A stretch of DNA of 64,000 nucleotides from an uncultured Aquiluna sp. GTDB taxonomy: Bacteria; Actinomycetota; Actinomycetes; Actinomycetales; Microbacteriaceae. Within the stretch, counting starts at the first letter, position 1. Each line of letters starts with the position of its first letter. Below, one piece after another: positions 1 to 10,100 of this stretch. The notes beneath the pieces are model-generated. The model had not been told where the DNA came from. It did not search any database and saw nothing but the letters and a program-made list of their open reading frames with translations. The stretch spans positions 806,001-870,000 of the forward strand of contig CAJYLB010000001.1 in assembly GCA_913775595.1 (NCBI GenBank). The letters run 5' to 3'. A program made the translations under genes and the position numbers.

Positions 1-496
1 TCTCGTTTAGCTGCTCAACAGGCTTTGAATGAATCGCACAGACTTTTTGACCCTCGAACTCCCCGTCTCCAGGAATCAGGTCTGACTCGTTCTTGTATTC
101 CTCGCAGCCCACGCAGTAGTTGCCCTCAAAAGAGCCTTGGTAGATATGACCGGCGTCAAATAGCTGCTGCAAAAACTTTTGAACGGCAACCTTGTGGCGG
201 TCCTCGGTGGTGCGGATGAAGTCCTGATTTGAAACATCGATCGTCTCAAGCAGCGGAAGCCAGGAGTCTTTGACCAAGCGATCGGTCCAGGACTTGGGGT
301 CGGTGTTGTTTCCCAGGGCTGTCCTTAGGACCTTCTCACCGTGCTCATCAGTTCCAGTGAGCAAGAAGGATGACTCCCCGCGCTGCCGGTGCCAGCGAGT
401 GATGACATCCGCTGCAACCTCTGTGTAGGCGTGGCCAATGTGAGGCGCATCATTCACATAGAAGATGGGGGTTGTCACATAAAACGACTTGGGCAC
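1..496 (-). CDS. metG: methionine--tRNA ligase, N-terminal part (runs off window)
   Basis: Manual minus-strand translation from GTG 496: VPKSFYVTTPIFYVNDAPHIGHAY...LTGTDEHGEK (HIGH motif); not in ORF track because truncated. Confidence 0.95.
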   Translation of the reverse strand, partial: MPKSFYVTTPIFYVNDAPHIGHAYTEVAADVITRWHRQRGESSFLLTGTDEHGEKVLRTALGNNTDPKSWTDRLVKDSWLPLLETIDVSNQDFIRTTEDRHKVAVQKFLQQLFDAGHIYQGSFEGNYCVGCEEYKNESDLIPGDGEFEGQKVCAIHSKPVEQLNE

Positions 497-505
497 CGTG
501 ATATC

Positions 506-1324
506 TTAGGCTTTCAGCCGCAGGGCATGCTCGTAGATTACGCTCTTAGACGCGCCGGTTGCCTCCGCCACCTCTGCAGCGGCAGCCTTCATCCCAAGGC
601 CATCACCCGCTAACTCAAGCGCTTTCTTTGCAAGATCGTCGTAGTCAAACTGGTCGGGCTTGGCTCCCGCAATAACCAAGACCATTTCTCCCTTAGGTGC
701 ACCCTTAGCCCACTTGATCAGCTCCGAAAGGGTTCCACGTTCGACATGCTCAAACTTCTTGGTGAGTTCACGTGCCACGGAAGCCTGCCTATCCGGACCT
801 AGAACTGCCTGGGCATCCTCGAGGGCATCCAGAATGCGATGTGGAGCCTCAAAGAAGACCATGGTTCGCAATTCGCGCTCAAGGTTTTGAAAGAGCCTTC
901 TGCGCTCACCGCTTTTCCTGGGGAGGAAACCCTCAAAGCTAAATCGGTCTGTTGCCAGTCCCGAGACCGCAAGCGCCGAGATAACCGCAGACGGTCCAGG
1001 AATGACACTGACCTCCAGGCCCGCTTCCGCGCACTCACGAACAATGTTGTATCCAGGGTCAGAGATGGTTGGCATGCCGGCATCGCTCACCAGCAGTACC
1101 CGTTGCTCTTTTGCCAGCTCAACGATACGAGCGGCGCTCTCGCGCTCATTGTGGTCATGAAGGCTCAACAGCTTCCCCTTCAAGGTCACCCCTAGGGCCT
1201 TGGCTAGGTGGCTCAAGGTTCTGGTGTCCTCGCAGGCGATGACCTCACTTTCGGCCAGCGCCGCAAGCAACCTCGGCGAGGCATCCGAAAGGTTTCCGAT
1301 TGGGGTTGCGGCAAGAACTAGCAC
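506..1324 (-). CDS. rsmI: 16S rRNA C1402 2'-O-methyltransferase
   Basis: LAATPIGNLSDAS, ACEDTR, LVSDAGMPTISDPG, ARELTKKFE motifs; start moved to GTG 1324. Confidence 0.95.
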   Translation of the reverse strand: MLVLAATPIGNLSDASPRLLAALAESEVIACEDTRTLSHLAKALGVTLKGKLLSLHDHNERESAARIVELAKEQRVLLVSDAGMPTISDPGYNIVRECAEAGLEVSVIPGPSAVISALAVSGLATDRFSFEGFLPRKSGERRRLFQNLERELRTMVFFEAPHRILDALEDAQAVLGPDRQASVARELTKKFEHVERGTLSELIKWAKGAPKGEMVLVIAGAKPDQFDYDDLAKKALELAGDGLGMKAAAAEVAEATGASKSVIYEHALRLKA

Positions 1325-1380
1325 GCTTAGCAAACTAGCATCTAAGCGTGAATTCAGCTCTAGGTCGTCTTGCAGTGCGG

Positions 1381-2799
1381 ATGCACTCATCCCGCGGCTA
1401 CATGCTGCTCGCAAGCCTTGCCATAACGGCCCTCGGAGCTCTTCTAAGGTTTGGGAACATCGCAAACCCAGCCGCTCTGGTTTTTGACGAAACCTACTAC
1501 GTAAAAGACGCCTACACCCTCGGTCTTTTTGGCTCGGAGCGAGTCTGGCCAGAGGATGCAAACCTAGATTTTGAGGCTGGAAACACCGAAGTTTTCGAAT
1601 CCGCAGGCTCCTATGTCGTGCACCCTCCCTTTGGGAAGTGGCTCATATTTTTTGGCATCCAACTCTTTGGTCCAGACAGCCCAGTCGGGTGGAGATTCTC
1701 TGCAGCTCTACTGGGCACCCTGGTCATCCCGCTGGTTATCTTTATTGCCGCAAAGCTAATTGGTTCAAGACCCTTCGCACTCGCAGCAGGACTGTTCATA
1801 GCCCTAGAGGGGCAATCAATAGTGATGTCGCGAACCGCAATTCTCGACGGCATCCTCACCTTCATGGTTGTGCTCGGACTGGCCGTCCTGGTCGTCGCAG
1901 ACGCCTCCTGGCGGAGGCGGGTTGTTGACAGTGGCAAAGCCGGACTCACTGTTCAACCCTGGCTCGTGCTGCTAGGAGTTGTAATGGGCTTAGCAAGCTC
2001 GGTGAAATGGTCTGGTCTTTACTTCCTTGCTTTTTTTGGCATCTACACCTTCCTCGCTGACCTAAGGCTCAGAAGGCACCTAGGCCTGCCAGCAATTGGT
2101 GCCTGGTTTCAAGGCGTTATAAATGCCGCGACGCTATTGAGTTTTGGCATAGTCACCTACGTAGCAACCTGGCTGGGCTGGATCCAGGGAACCGACGGCT
2201 GGGGTAGGCAGGCACAGCCAACCTGGTGGGAATCACTTTGGGCCTATCACCAAAACGCCTACTCTTTCCACACCTCCCTGGAGAGCGAGCACCCCTACCA
2301 GGCCAACGCCTTTGAATGGCTCTTGGCGCTCAGGCCAACGGCGTTCTACTTCGAACGATTCGAGGATGCTGAGATTTGTGGGGCACTTGGCGACTGCACG
2401 GTTGCGATCACGGCCATCCCGAACCTGGTTGTTTTCTTTGGCGGCCTATTGGCGATCCTTTGGCTCATGCCAAGAATCTTCAAGAGTAGAACCGCTCTGC
2501 TACTGGTTCTCGGTTTCCTTGCTGGTTGGCTTCCCTGGGTCATCTACTTAGATCGAACTGTCTTCCAGTTCTACACCGTCGTGCTGATGCCGTTTTTTGC
2601 AATAGCTCTTGCATACGCCCTCCACCACTACCTTCGCATCGGGATAGTCAGGGGCTGGAGGTCAAAGCGGGAGCGCCGAGTTGGGTTCTTGCTAGGCGGA
2701 ACAGCTCTGGTGGCGATCTACTTCACAAGCATCTGGATGGGCCTTGCCACTCCCGACTGGGTGTGGCGGATTCAGATGCTGCTTCCGATTTGGATCTAG
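1381..2799 (+). CDS. pmt: polyprenol-phosphate-mannose protein O-mannosyltransferase
   Basis: VFDETYY, VHPPFGKWLI, many TM helices; typical divergent neighbour of rsmI; start uncertain (1348/1381/1402). Confidence 0.88.
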   Translation: MHSSRGYMLLASLAITALGALLRFGNIANPAALVFDETYYVKDAYTLGLFGSERVWPEDANLDFEAGNTEVFESAGSYVVHPPFGKWLIFFGIQLFGPDSPVGWRFSAALLGTLVIPLVIFIAAKLIGSRPFALAAGLFIALEGQSIVMSRTAILDGILTFMVVLGLAVLVVADASWRRRVVDSGKAGLTVQPWLVLLGVVMGLASSVKWSGLYFLAFFGIYTFLADLRLRRHLGLPAIGAWFQGVINAATLLSFGIVTYVATWLGWIQGTDGWGRQAQPTWWESLWAYHQNAYSFHTSLESEHPYQANAFEWLLALRPTAFYFERFEDAEICGALGDCTVAITAIPNLVVFFGGLLAILWLMPRIFKSRTALLLVLGFLAGWLPWVIYLDRTVFQFYTVVLMPFFAIALAYALHHYLRIGIVRGWRSKRERRVGFLLGGTALVAIYFTSIWMGLATPDWVWRIQMLLPIWI

Positions 2800-3794
2800 C
2801 TTTTCTTCTCGCGGTTCTTTGAGGTCGCAGCCAGTGACCAAATGGTCGTAATCAGCAGAGTGATAAGGATCACAAACAGCGAGAGCTCGGTGCCGATCTC
2901 TGGGATGAGAGTTACCTTGTCTCCCCCGTTGATGAAAGGTAATTCGTTTTTGTGGAGAGCGTGAACGACAAGCTTGATACCGATCCAGCCCAGAATGATG
3001 CTCAGACCAATTCCTAGGTACTTGAGCCTCTCCATGAGGCCTCCAAGGAGGAAGTAGAGCTGCCTAAGTCCAAGCAAGGCGAACACATTGGCAACAAATA
3101 CGATGTAGGGAACATCGGTGAGCCCATAGATTGCCGGAATACTATCTAGGGCGAAAAGCAGGTCAGTAAACCCAATCGCAATCATCACCATCAACAGCGG
3201 AGTTGCGAGGCGCTTGCCCGAAATTCTCACGAACCACTTATTTCCGTGGTACTCATCGGTAGATGGAATCACCTTTTGAATGGCGGCAATTAGCTTGCCG
3301 CCCGAGTATTCACTATGGCCATCATCTTTGAGACCGTCGTAGGTGTCTTTGAGAATTTTGAGAGCCGTGAACAGCAGGAAGGCGCCAAAGATGTAGAAGG
3401 CCCAGCTGAAGTTTTCGATAAAGGCAGCGCCCAACAGAATGAACACAAAGCGCAGCACCAGCGCCAGACCAACACCAATCAGAAGCGCCTGACTCCTCAG
3501 CTCCCGCGGAACTGCGAACTGGGTGAAGATCACCAAAAAGACGAATACGTTGTCGACCGAGAGCGACTTCTCGGTGATATAGCCCGCGAAGTACTCCTGG
3601 GCGAACTGCGGGCCCCAAATACCGCCTACGACGAAAGTGAAGAGCAGCGCCAAGATGATGTAGATGGCTGACTGAATTGCTGACTCTCGAAAGGTTGGCT
3701 CGTGAGGGTGTCTCACCTGATAAATAAAATCAACGGCCAAGACGGTAACTAGAACCACGATGGTCGCGATCCAGACCCAAATATCTACGTTCAT
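2796..3794 (-). CDS. TerC/Alx family metal-homeostasis membrane protein
   Basis: YITEKSLSVDNVFVF and DLLFALDSIPAI motifs; ATG 3794 after GGGAG. Confidence 0.92.
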   Translation of the reverse strand: MNVDIWVWIATIVVLVTVLAVDFIYQVRHPHEPTFRESAIQSAIYIILALLFTFVVGGIWGPQFAQEYFAGYITEKSLSVDNVFVFLVIFTQFAVPRELRSQALLIGVGLALVLRFVFILLGAAFIENFSWAFYIFGAFLLFTALKILKDTYDGLKDDGHSEYSGGKLIAAIQKVIPSTDEYHGNKWFVRISGKRLATPLLMVMIAIGFTDLLFALDSIPAIYGLTDVPYIVFVANVFALLGLRQLYFLLGGLMERLKYLGIGLSIILGWIGIKLVVHALHKNELPFINGGDKVTLIPEIGTELSLFVILITLLITTIWSLAATSKNREKKS

Positions 3795-3871
3795 TGCTCC
3801 CTTGGATTGGGCTTGGAATAAACCCTCTCCACCCATTGTAGATAGTGTTATCTCCCCTAAAGAGAGCGTTG

Positions 3872-4756
3872 ATGAAAGTACTCGTATCTGGTTCCAGTGG
3901 ACTCATTGGAACAGAGCTCATAAAGCAGCTTGAGGCCTCGGGCCACCAGCCAATTCGCCTCGTTAGGCGTGCTCCAAAGAATCCAAATGAATTGCAGTGG
4001 TCACCGGATCAGGGGGTTATACCCGCGGATGTAATGGAGCAGGTGGATGCCGTGGTGAATCTAAATGGCGCGACAACATCCAAGATTCCTTGGACTCCTG
4101 GGTATGTGAAGAAGCTCATCAGCTCCAGGATTGACTCGACGCGACTATTGGTGGAAACCATAAATAACTCCAAGAAGCCGCCGAAGGTCTTCGTCTCCGG
4201 CTCGGCCGAGGGCTTCTACGGAAATGGCGGGGACAAGGTTCTGACTGAGGACAGCCCCCTTGGCACCGGCTTCATGGCAGAGCTCTCAAACGCTTGGGAG
4301 CAAGAAGCCAAAAAAGCAAAAATCCGCACGGTCTTGCTCCGCACCACCCTTGCAATGAGCAAAAATGCAATCGCGCTCAAGCTAATCAAACTGATGATCA
4401 GCCTGCTATTCGTGAAATCCCTAGGCAGCGGCAAGCAGTGGTGGGCATGGATAACCGTCGAGGATCACGCCAGAGCAATCGTCCACCTCATCGAAAATGA
4501 AAAGGCAGAAGGCCCCTATAACCTCACCGCTCCTGAACCGGCCACCTGCGAAGAAATCTTCGCAGCCCTCGGCAAGGAGCTGAGGAGACCAAACCTAATT
4601 CGAATCCCCGCCTGGGCAATGCGGCTCACTGCAGGAGCCGCAGCCGATCAGATTCTTCTGACCTCACACAGGATGAGTGCGGAGAAACTGCTTGCGACAG
4701 GATTCGAGTTCAACCACCCAACTTTGAAGCAGGCGGCTAGCTACACCGTCCGCTAA
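3872..4756 (+). CDS. TIGR01777 family NAD-dependent epimerase/oxidoreductase
   Basis: VLVSGSSGLIG Rossmann motif, GSGKQWWAWI, GFEFNHPTL C-terminus. Confidence 0.9.
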   Translation: MKVLVSGSSGLIGTELIKQLEASGHQPIRLVRRAPKNPNELQWSPDQGVIPADVMEQVDAVVNLNGATTSKIPWTPGYVKKLISSRIDSTRLLVETINNSKKPPKVFVSGSAEGFYGNGGDKVLTEDSPLGTGFMAELSNAWEQEAKKAKIRTVLLRTTLAMSKNAIALKLIKLMISLLFVKSLGSGKQWWAWITVEDHARAIVHLIENEKAEGPYNLTAPEPATCEEIFAALGKELRRPNLIRIPAWAMRLTAGAAADQILLTSHRMSAEKLLATGFEFNHPTLKQAASYTVR

Positions 4757-5107
4757 CTACTTAGCGGCTGGCTTCTTAGCTGCTGGCTTTTTGGCTGCTG
4801 GCTTCTGAGCTGCGGGCTTGGCAGCAGTCTTCTTCGCTGGAGCTGCCTTGGTGGCAGTCTTGGCAGCTGGCTTCTTAGCTACTGGCTTCTTGGCTGCAGG
4901 CTTCTTGGCTGGTGCCGCTGGCTTTGCAGGTGAAGCGGCCTTCTTGGCCTTGCTAGCCTCGCTCGCTACCTTCTTAGCACCCTTCTCGACCTCGGTGAGT
5001 GCATCGTTTGCGAGGTCCTTTGCAGCAACCTTCACTTCAGCTGCAGACTGGCCAACAGCCTTAGCTGTGCGGCCGAAAAACTTTCTAATTGAATCGCCTA
5101 GACCCAT
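4757..5107 (-). CDS. Lys/Ala/Pro-rich histone-H1-like small basic protein
   Basis: repeated PAAKK/KPAAK units in C-terminal half. Confidence 0.7.
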   Translation of the reverse strand: MGLGDSIRKFFGRTAKAVGQSAAEVKVAAKDLANDALTEVEKGAKKVASEASKAKKAASPAKPAAPAKKPAAKKPVAKKPAAKTATKAAPAKKTAAKPAAQKPAAKKPAAKKPAAK

Positions 5108-5157
5108 TGTTGATTATCTCCATTCGAACAAACGAGTGAAGCTTATGTCAGTAGGGA

Positions 5158-5745
5158 CTAGATAGCCCTGCGGCGTGCCAGGATTTCGTCGATGTCCTTG
5201 CTCGCAAGCACTCGCCTTGGCTTTGAGATGTCAATTACCTCGGCAACCGGCTCCTGGCTAACAGGTGCTGATCTCTTGGCAAGTGGCTCAGGCAGTGGGT
5301 TTGGGCTCCACTCCCTGGTCTTTGCCCTGGCCCTTGCGGCATTTGACCTCACGTCTTGACGAGATTTGTGAAGCTTCTTTGCAATGCCCCTTGCCTGATT
5401 TGCTGCCGCCCTAGAAATGAACAGGCTCGACAGCGACAGGACACCCAGCAAGCCACCCAAGAACCAGAATGTTGAGTCGACAGCAGCCGAAACTGCCGCA
5501 GCAATTGAGCCAAGCAGAAATAAAGCGAAAAGTATCGAGAAGCCGCGCTGGGTGGCAAGGAGCCTGGCGAGCCTGTCATGCTCGGTCAGCACACGATTTC
5601 TATTAACTTCTCGAGCCTCTTTGCGCATCAGGCTGGTAGTTGCCTTGAGCTGAGCTCTCTGGGTGTAGCCGGGAACAAAAATGATGAGCCAAACGATTGC
5701 GGCTATTACGAGAGTGATACCACCTAAGCCAACCGGAGAACCCAT
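5158..5745 (-). CDS. membrane protein, GlpR/SepX-like position
   Basis: N-terminal TM, two central TMs, C-terminal 'EWSPNPLPEP' and 'DIDEILARRRA'; directly downstream of rimJ-like GNAT as in many actinobacteria. Confidence 0.6.
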   Translation of the reverse strand: MGSPVGLGGITLVIAAIVWLIIFVPGYTQRAQLKATTSLMRKEAREVNRNRVLTEHDRLARLLATQRGFSILFALFLLGSIAAAVSAAVDSTFWFLGGLLGVLSLSSLFISRAAANQARGIAKKLHKSRQDVRSNAARARAKTREWSPNPLPEPLAKRSAPVSQEPVAEVIDISKPRRVLASKDIDEILARRRAI

Positions 5746-5781
5746 GGCTATAAAGATATGGGTAGAGCAGGAATTCTCTCG

Positions 5782-6366
5782 CTATTGGTCAAGCGTGTTA
5801 TCGAGTCTGCCGAGCATTGAGCCCTTGCGCTCCTCTGAGGTGATGGCAAACACCCTGTGATCCCGCCATTGCCCGTCGATGTGGATGAAGCGCTCTTTGA
5901 GCCCTTCCTCGCGAAGTTTGAGCTTCTCGACAACACGGAGACTCGCTTCATTCTCAGGTCTGATGTCAATCTCTACACGGTGAAGCCCAAGCTCGTCGAA
6001 GAGATAGTCGATGGTGAGGGCAACAGCTATTGGCATAGCCCCTCTCCCTGCGAAGTCCTTGCCTATCCAGTAGCCGACCGTTGCAGATGAGACTGAGCCG
6101 TAAAGGATGTTTGCCACGTTTATCTGCCCTGCAAGCGTCCCATCTACCTCGATGATGAATGCAAGCCCCGTACCCTTGCGCTGTTGATAGAGCAGATTTC
6201 GAACCAGGTCCCTCGCGTCAACCGGATAGCGGATGCCGGGAGTCGTTGCCTCCCAAGGAGATAACCAGGCTCGGTCTTTGATTAGCAGCGCCTGCAGTTT
6301 TCTTGCATCGCTTTTCTTCAGTTGCCTCAGCTCGACAAGGTCAAACTTCAACGCGCCATCTCTCAC
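5782..6366 (-). CDS. RimJ/RimL family GNAT N-acetyltransferase
   Basis: VGYWIGKDFAGRG, LHRVEIDIRPENEASLRVVEKL, HIDGQWRDH; GTG 6366 start. Confidence 0.9.
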   Translation of the reverse strand: MRDGALKFDLVELRQLKKSDARKLQALLIKDRAWLSPWEATTPGIRYPVDARDLVRNLLYQQRKGTGLAFIIEVDGTLAGQINVANILYGSVSSATVGYWIGKDFAGRGAMPIAVALTIDYLFDELGLHRVEIDIRPENEASLRVVEKLKLREEGLKERFIHIDGQWRDHRVFAITSEERKGSMLGRLDNTLDQ

Positions 6367-6384
6367 GCTGGCAAGATTACCCCT

Positions 6385-6903
6385 ATGGATAGCAACGAGA
6401 AGCAGCTGCTGCGCAGACAATTGTCCGCCTCCAGGCCGCAACCCTCTGCGGGCCTCACTGAGCAACTTGTTGCGTTAGTCACCCAGCATGCTGCGAAGAC
6501 AGTAGCTAGCTATTCGCCTCTGCCCTCGGAGCCAGACGTTACCGAGTTCAACAGCTGGGCGGCTGAGAACCTAAACCTCGTGCTTCCAAGGGTTAGTGGC
6601 CACCACCTCGAATTTGCAGCCGGAAAGTTGCGCGAGGGAGCACTTGGGATAGCGGAGCCTCAAGGTACAGCCGTGCCAATTGCAGAAATCGACCTTATGA
6701 TCGTGCCTGCGCTTGCGGCAGATATGACGGGCAACCGACTCGGTAAAGGCAGGGGCTTCTATGACCGGGTGCTGGCAAATTACTCCGGAAAGCGCATTGC
6801 GGTCATTTTCGACAGCGAGCTTATTGACAGCGTTCCCAGTGAGCCCCACGACCAGCAAGTTCAGATAATCGTTACCCCTCTAAGAACCGTTGTTGTTGGC
6901 TAA
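6385..6903 (+). CDS. 5-formyltetrahydrofolate cyclo-ligase
   Basis: IVPALAAD..GNRLGKGRGFYDR, EPHD motifs. Confidence 0.92.
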   Translation: MDSNEKQLLRRQLSASRPQPSAGLTEQLVALVTQHAAKTVASYSPLPSEPDVTEFNSWAAENLNLVLPRVSGHHLEFAAGKLREGALGIAEPQGTAVPIAEIDLMIVPALAADMTGNRLGKGRGFYDRVLANYSGKRIAVIFDSELIDSVPSEPHDQQVQIIVTPLRTVVVG

Positions 6904-6915
6904 ACTTCTCTGGCT

Positions 6916-7134
6916 ATGCCTACCTACGCCTACTCCTGCAAGAGTTGCAATCACTCCTTTGAGATGCAGCTCAGCTTCAGCGACAAGGACCCCGCGAGCT
7001 GCCCAGAGTGCGGTGGAGATATCAAGAAGCTCTTTGGCAATCTAGGTGTGAGCTTCAAAGGCTCTGGCTTCTACAGAACAGATTCGGCAAGCAGTTCTTC
7101 AACGAAGAGCGAGTCTGCTCCGAGCAGCGACTAA
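6916..7134 (+). CDS. FmdB family zinc-ribbon protein
   Basis: MPTYAYSCKSC...CPECGG...FKGSGFYRTD. Confidence 0.92.
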   Translation: MPTYAYSCKSCNHSFEMQLSFSDKDPASCPECGGDIKKLFGNLGVSFKGSGFYRTDSASSSSTKSESAPSSD

Positions 7135-10100
7135 CCCCAGTGCGGGGGCTTGTCATCCCGGAGCCGATCGTCATTCGAGTCATCACCATCGCCCCAGGCC
7201 TCTGGTGTGTCCTCAAATGCAGGCTCATCAAACAACGGCTCTACTCTGCCTCTGAGATCTACCCCCAGCCTCATCGCAATTCGGTTGGCAACCTCTTGAG
7301 GCTGGGCAAAGATCTCAAAGGCGTGGACGCGGTGGTAGAGCCAGCCCATTGCTCTGAGTAGGCCGGGTCTAAGTCGCAACTTCTCCTCCCAGCTCTCGCC
7401 AGCTAGCGACCAGTCTGCGTCAATCACAATCGCACTCTTACCCCTCGACGCCACTAGCGCGATTCTGCCCGCAAAGTTCAGATTCACCTTCAGGCCAAGC
7501 TTTTCTAGACGCTTTGCAAGATCAGCTAGCAGCGGGTCCGGATCACCGTCCAGGACATCCGAGAGGAAGCTCGGAGCAATTAGGTCCTTGAGCCACTTTT
7601 GGTTCTCAGGAAGCGAGCCCCCGGCGAAATCTTCGAAGTTGTAGCAGGAGACCACCGTTAGCCGTTTTCTAGCGGAGACAATTTGATTGACCATCCAGCG
7701 TCCGGCATTTTCAGAGTTGAAATCACCAAGGGTTCCCGAGATGCGGCCCTCTGGTGTGCGGCCAAAGCCAACGGAGAAAATTACGCGATCTGCCAGTCGA
7801 TGGGTAAGTTCGCTCATCGTGACCGCCTCAAAACGCTCCCTGCCGTGGGCATCAAAGAACTCGGCAATCGCTGGCTGCTCGCGAACGGCCTCCGAAACCC
7901 TCTGGTCAATCCTCTCGGCGTGAGATCTGGAGGCTGTTACAACCATCAGGGAGTCCTCTGGATGCCAGCGGGCGTGGGAGACCACAAGCTCCACAACCTT
8001 GTCAACCTCGGCATCCATCGACTCGGTTGAACCCTCAATGGTCGATTCAGTCGTCGCACCCTCGGTGATTTCGATGTGCTCAAAGTTGTGCTCACCAAAT
8101 AGCTGGCCCACGGTTGGCTCCAGAATGATCTCTTCGTCATAGAAGTTCTGGTTCAGATACCGCCCGAGCACCTGCCCATTCATCCGGTAGCTACGGTTTA
8201 TGACCTCGTGGCCGAAACGGGACTCGACGAGCTCGTAGACAGAGGGCCTGTCGGACTCATGGCTGTCCTGGTTGGCTCTTGCCACGGTGTCAAAATTCTC
8301 TGGAGCCGCAATTGCAGGATCCCCAAAGGCAATCACCTGGTCCGCCTTGGTGAGAGCAAAGATGGTCTCAGCGGCACCCGCAGAGGCTGCGTCCAAGACC
8401 AATACCGTGTCGAAGTGATCGCTGGAGGCAAGCTCCCAGAGCCTGTAAGGGGAGAGCATGACAGCTGGCACTAATTGCTGCCATAGGTTGCCCCCAAGCA
8501 GTAGGCCATCCTTGAGGGTAATTGCGCGTTTTCTGAGCTGCTCCCGAAGCTTGTCGGCCGAGGCTGGCTGCTTCTGGATTCCGCTCTTCCAGCGCTCTGC
8601 CAGTGTGGCCCGAACCGTATTTGCGCCCTCTGCAACTACTTTTTGACCCGAGCTTTCAAATGCCTCCTCGAGGGCTGCTAAATGCTCTGCGTCATATTCC
8701 AGAATCTCTGGATTGCGCTGCACGATTGCCTCAAGTGCCGACTGCCACCAAGCAAGCTCGAACTCAAGCTGGACCTGAGCGCTGGATGGGTTTATCAGCG
8801 ACAGTTCCCTAGCAAGATGTCCAAGGCCTGCCCCCTCCAGTTCTTGCGAAATTGGCTTGCGGGCAAGGTAGTGATCGAGATACTCAGTCTCTTTGGCAAG
8901 GGACTCCAGTCGCGCACCAAAATCATCAAAACTCATGCGGGTCATCAGCGGCTGATCTGGATTAGGGTCCAGATGCTTTTCTAGCAGGGAGATTGTGTTG
9001 CTGATGGTCTCAAACTTTGCCTGGGTCTCAGCAAGTCCTAGCGGAACAGAAGGTGGGGCCTGGGTGGTGTTGTGCTTATCCCAGAGCTCACGCTGCTCCT
9101 GTGCATCTTTCAGGGCCTGGTGAAGATTGCTCACCGAGGTTCCAGGCCGTACAAATTCTTTTGCGAGCTTCTTGAACCTCCTTCGCTGAGCCCCCGAGAG
9201 ATCATTGCGTTCGTTGCGACCAGCCGTGGCTCTAATGAGATCGTGGAGGGGCCTGTCGAAGATACTTGGTAGGAACTTATCTAGGGTGTAGCGAATGCCG
9301 AGGAGCAGTCTGAGCTGCTCAGCCCACTGCTCGACGTTTTGACACTTTGCCAGCTCCAAGTCAGAGAGGTAGCGGTTGATTTGATAGCTGAGGGTTCGCC
9401 AGTTTTCTCCAGCCAGCTCTCGGACAGCCGCAAGTGCTTTTGAGATTTCCTCCTGATTTTCAAACCTCGCCCCATACCAAGGAGAGCTCTCTGGCCCATG
9501 CTGAAAAAGTCCTGCCTCGTGGGCCTTAGACAAAAGCTCGGGAGCGGTGGAACGTATGCTCGGCAAAAGCTCTGGCTTGATCCTCGCCGCATTAACCGGA
9601 GGATTATTCTCTCCCGCAAGCTTCGCAAGCTGCTCCAAAGCCTCGATCAAGGAGATGCTCAGCACCGAGTCGCTGGTTCCAACAGCAGCAAAGTAGTGCT
9701 CTATGGACTCCTGCGCCTTGCGGTGCTCTGCCTTCGCCTCTAAAAGTGCTCCAGTGCTTGCCTTCTCATTTCTGGAGATTGCAGCAACAACATCGCTCCA
9801 GGCATCATTTGCTCTGACCGCTAGGCCGCCGAGCTTGTGGCTCGAAAGGCGCTCTGCAAGCTCGTCGAGGGTCTGCTCTCTCGGGGCGACGATGAGAGTC
9901 CTTCGTCCCTCGAGAGCATTGTTGGCGAGGACATTCACCACTGTTTGCAAGTAGCCACAGCCGGGCAGGGTTCGAACCGCAAACGACTCTCCCTCATGGG
10001 CTCTTCGAAGAACGAGTCTTTGCGAGGTGTCTGCCTCCGCAACTAGGGTCACCGGGGAATCGGAAACTACCGGTGGCTTCCCCTCCTCACCCAGCAGGGA

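Noticed and set aside
3795..3871. yybP-ykoY riboswitch upstream of TerC
   Set aside because: Gap too short and no recognisable motif.
5123..5139. LexA box (TCGAAC-N4-GAGTGA)
   Set aside because: Second half-site has three mismatches.
4818..5165. Hydrophobic AAGF-repeat membrane protein
   Set aside because: Antisense image of the PAAKK-repeat gene.
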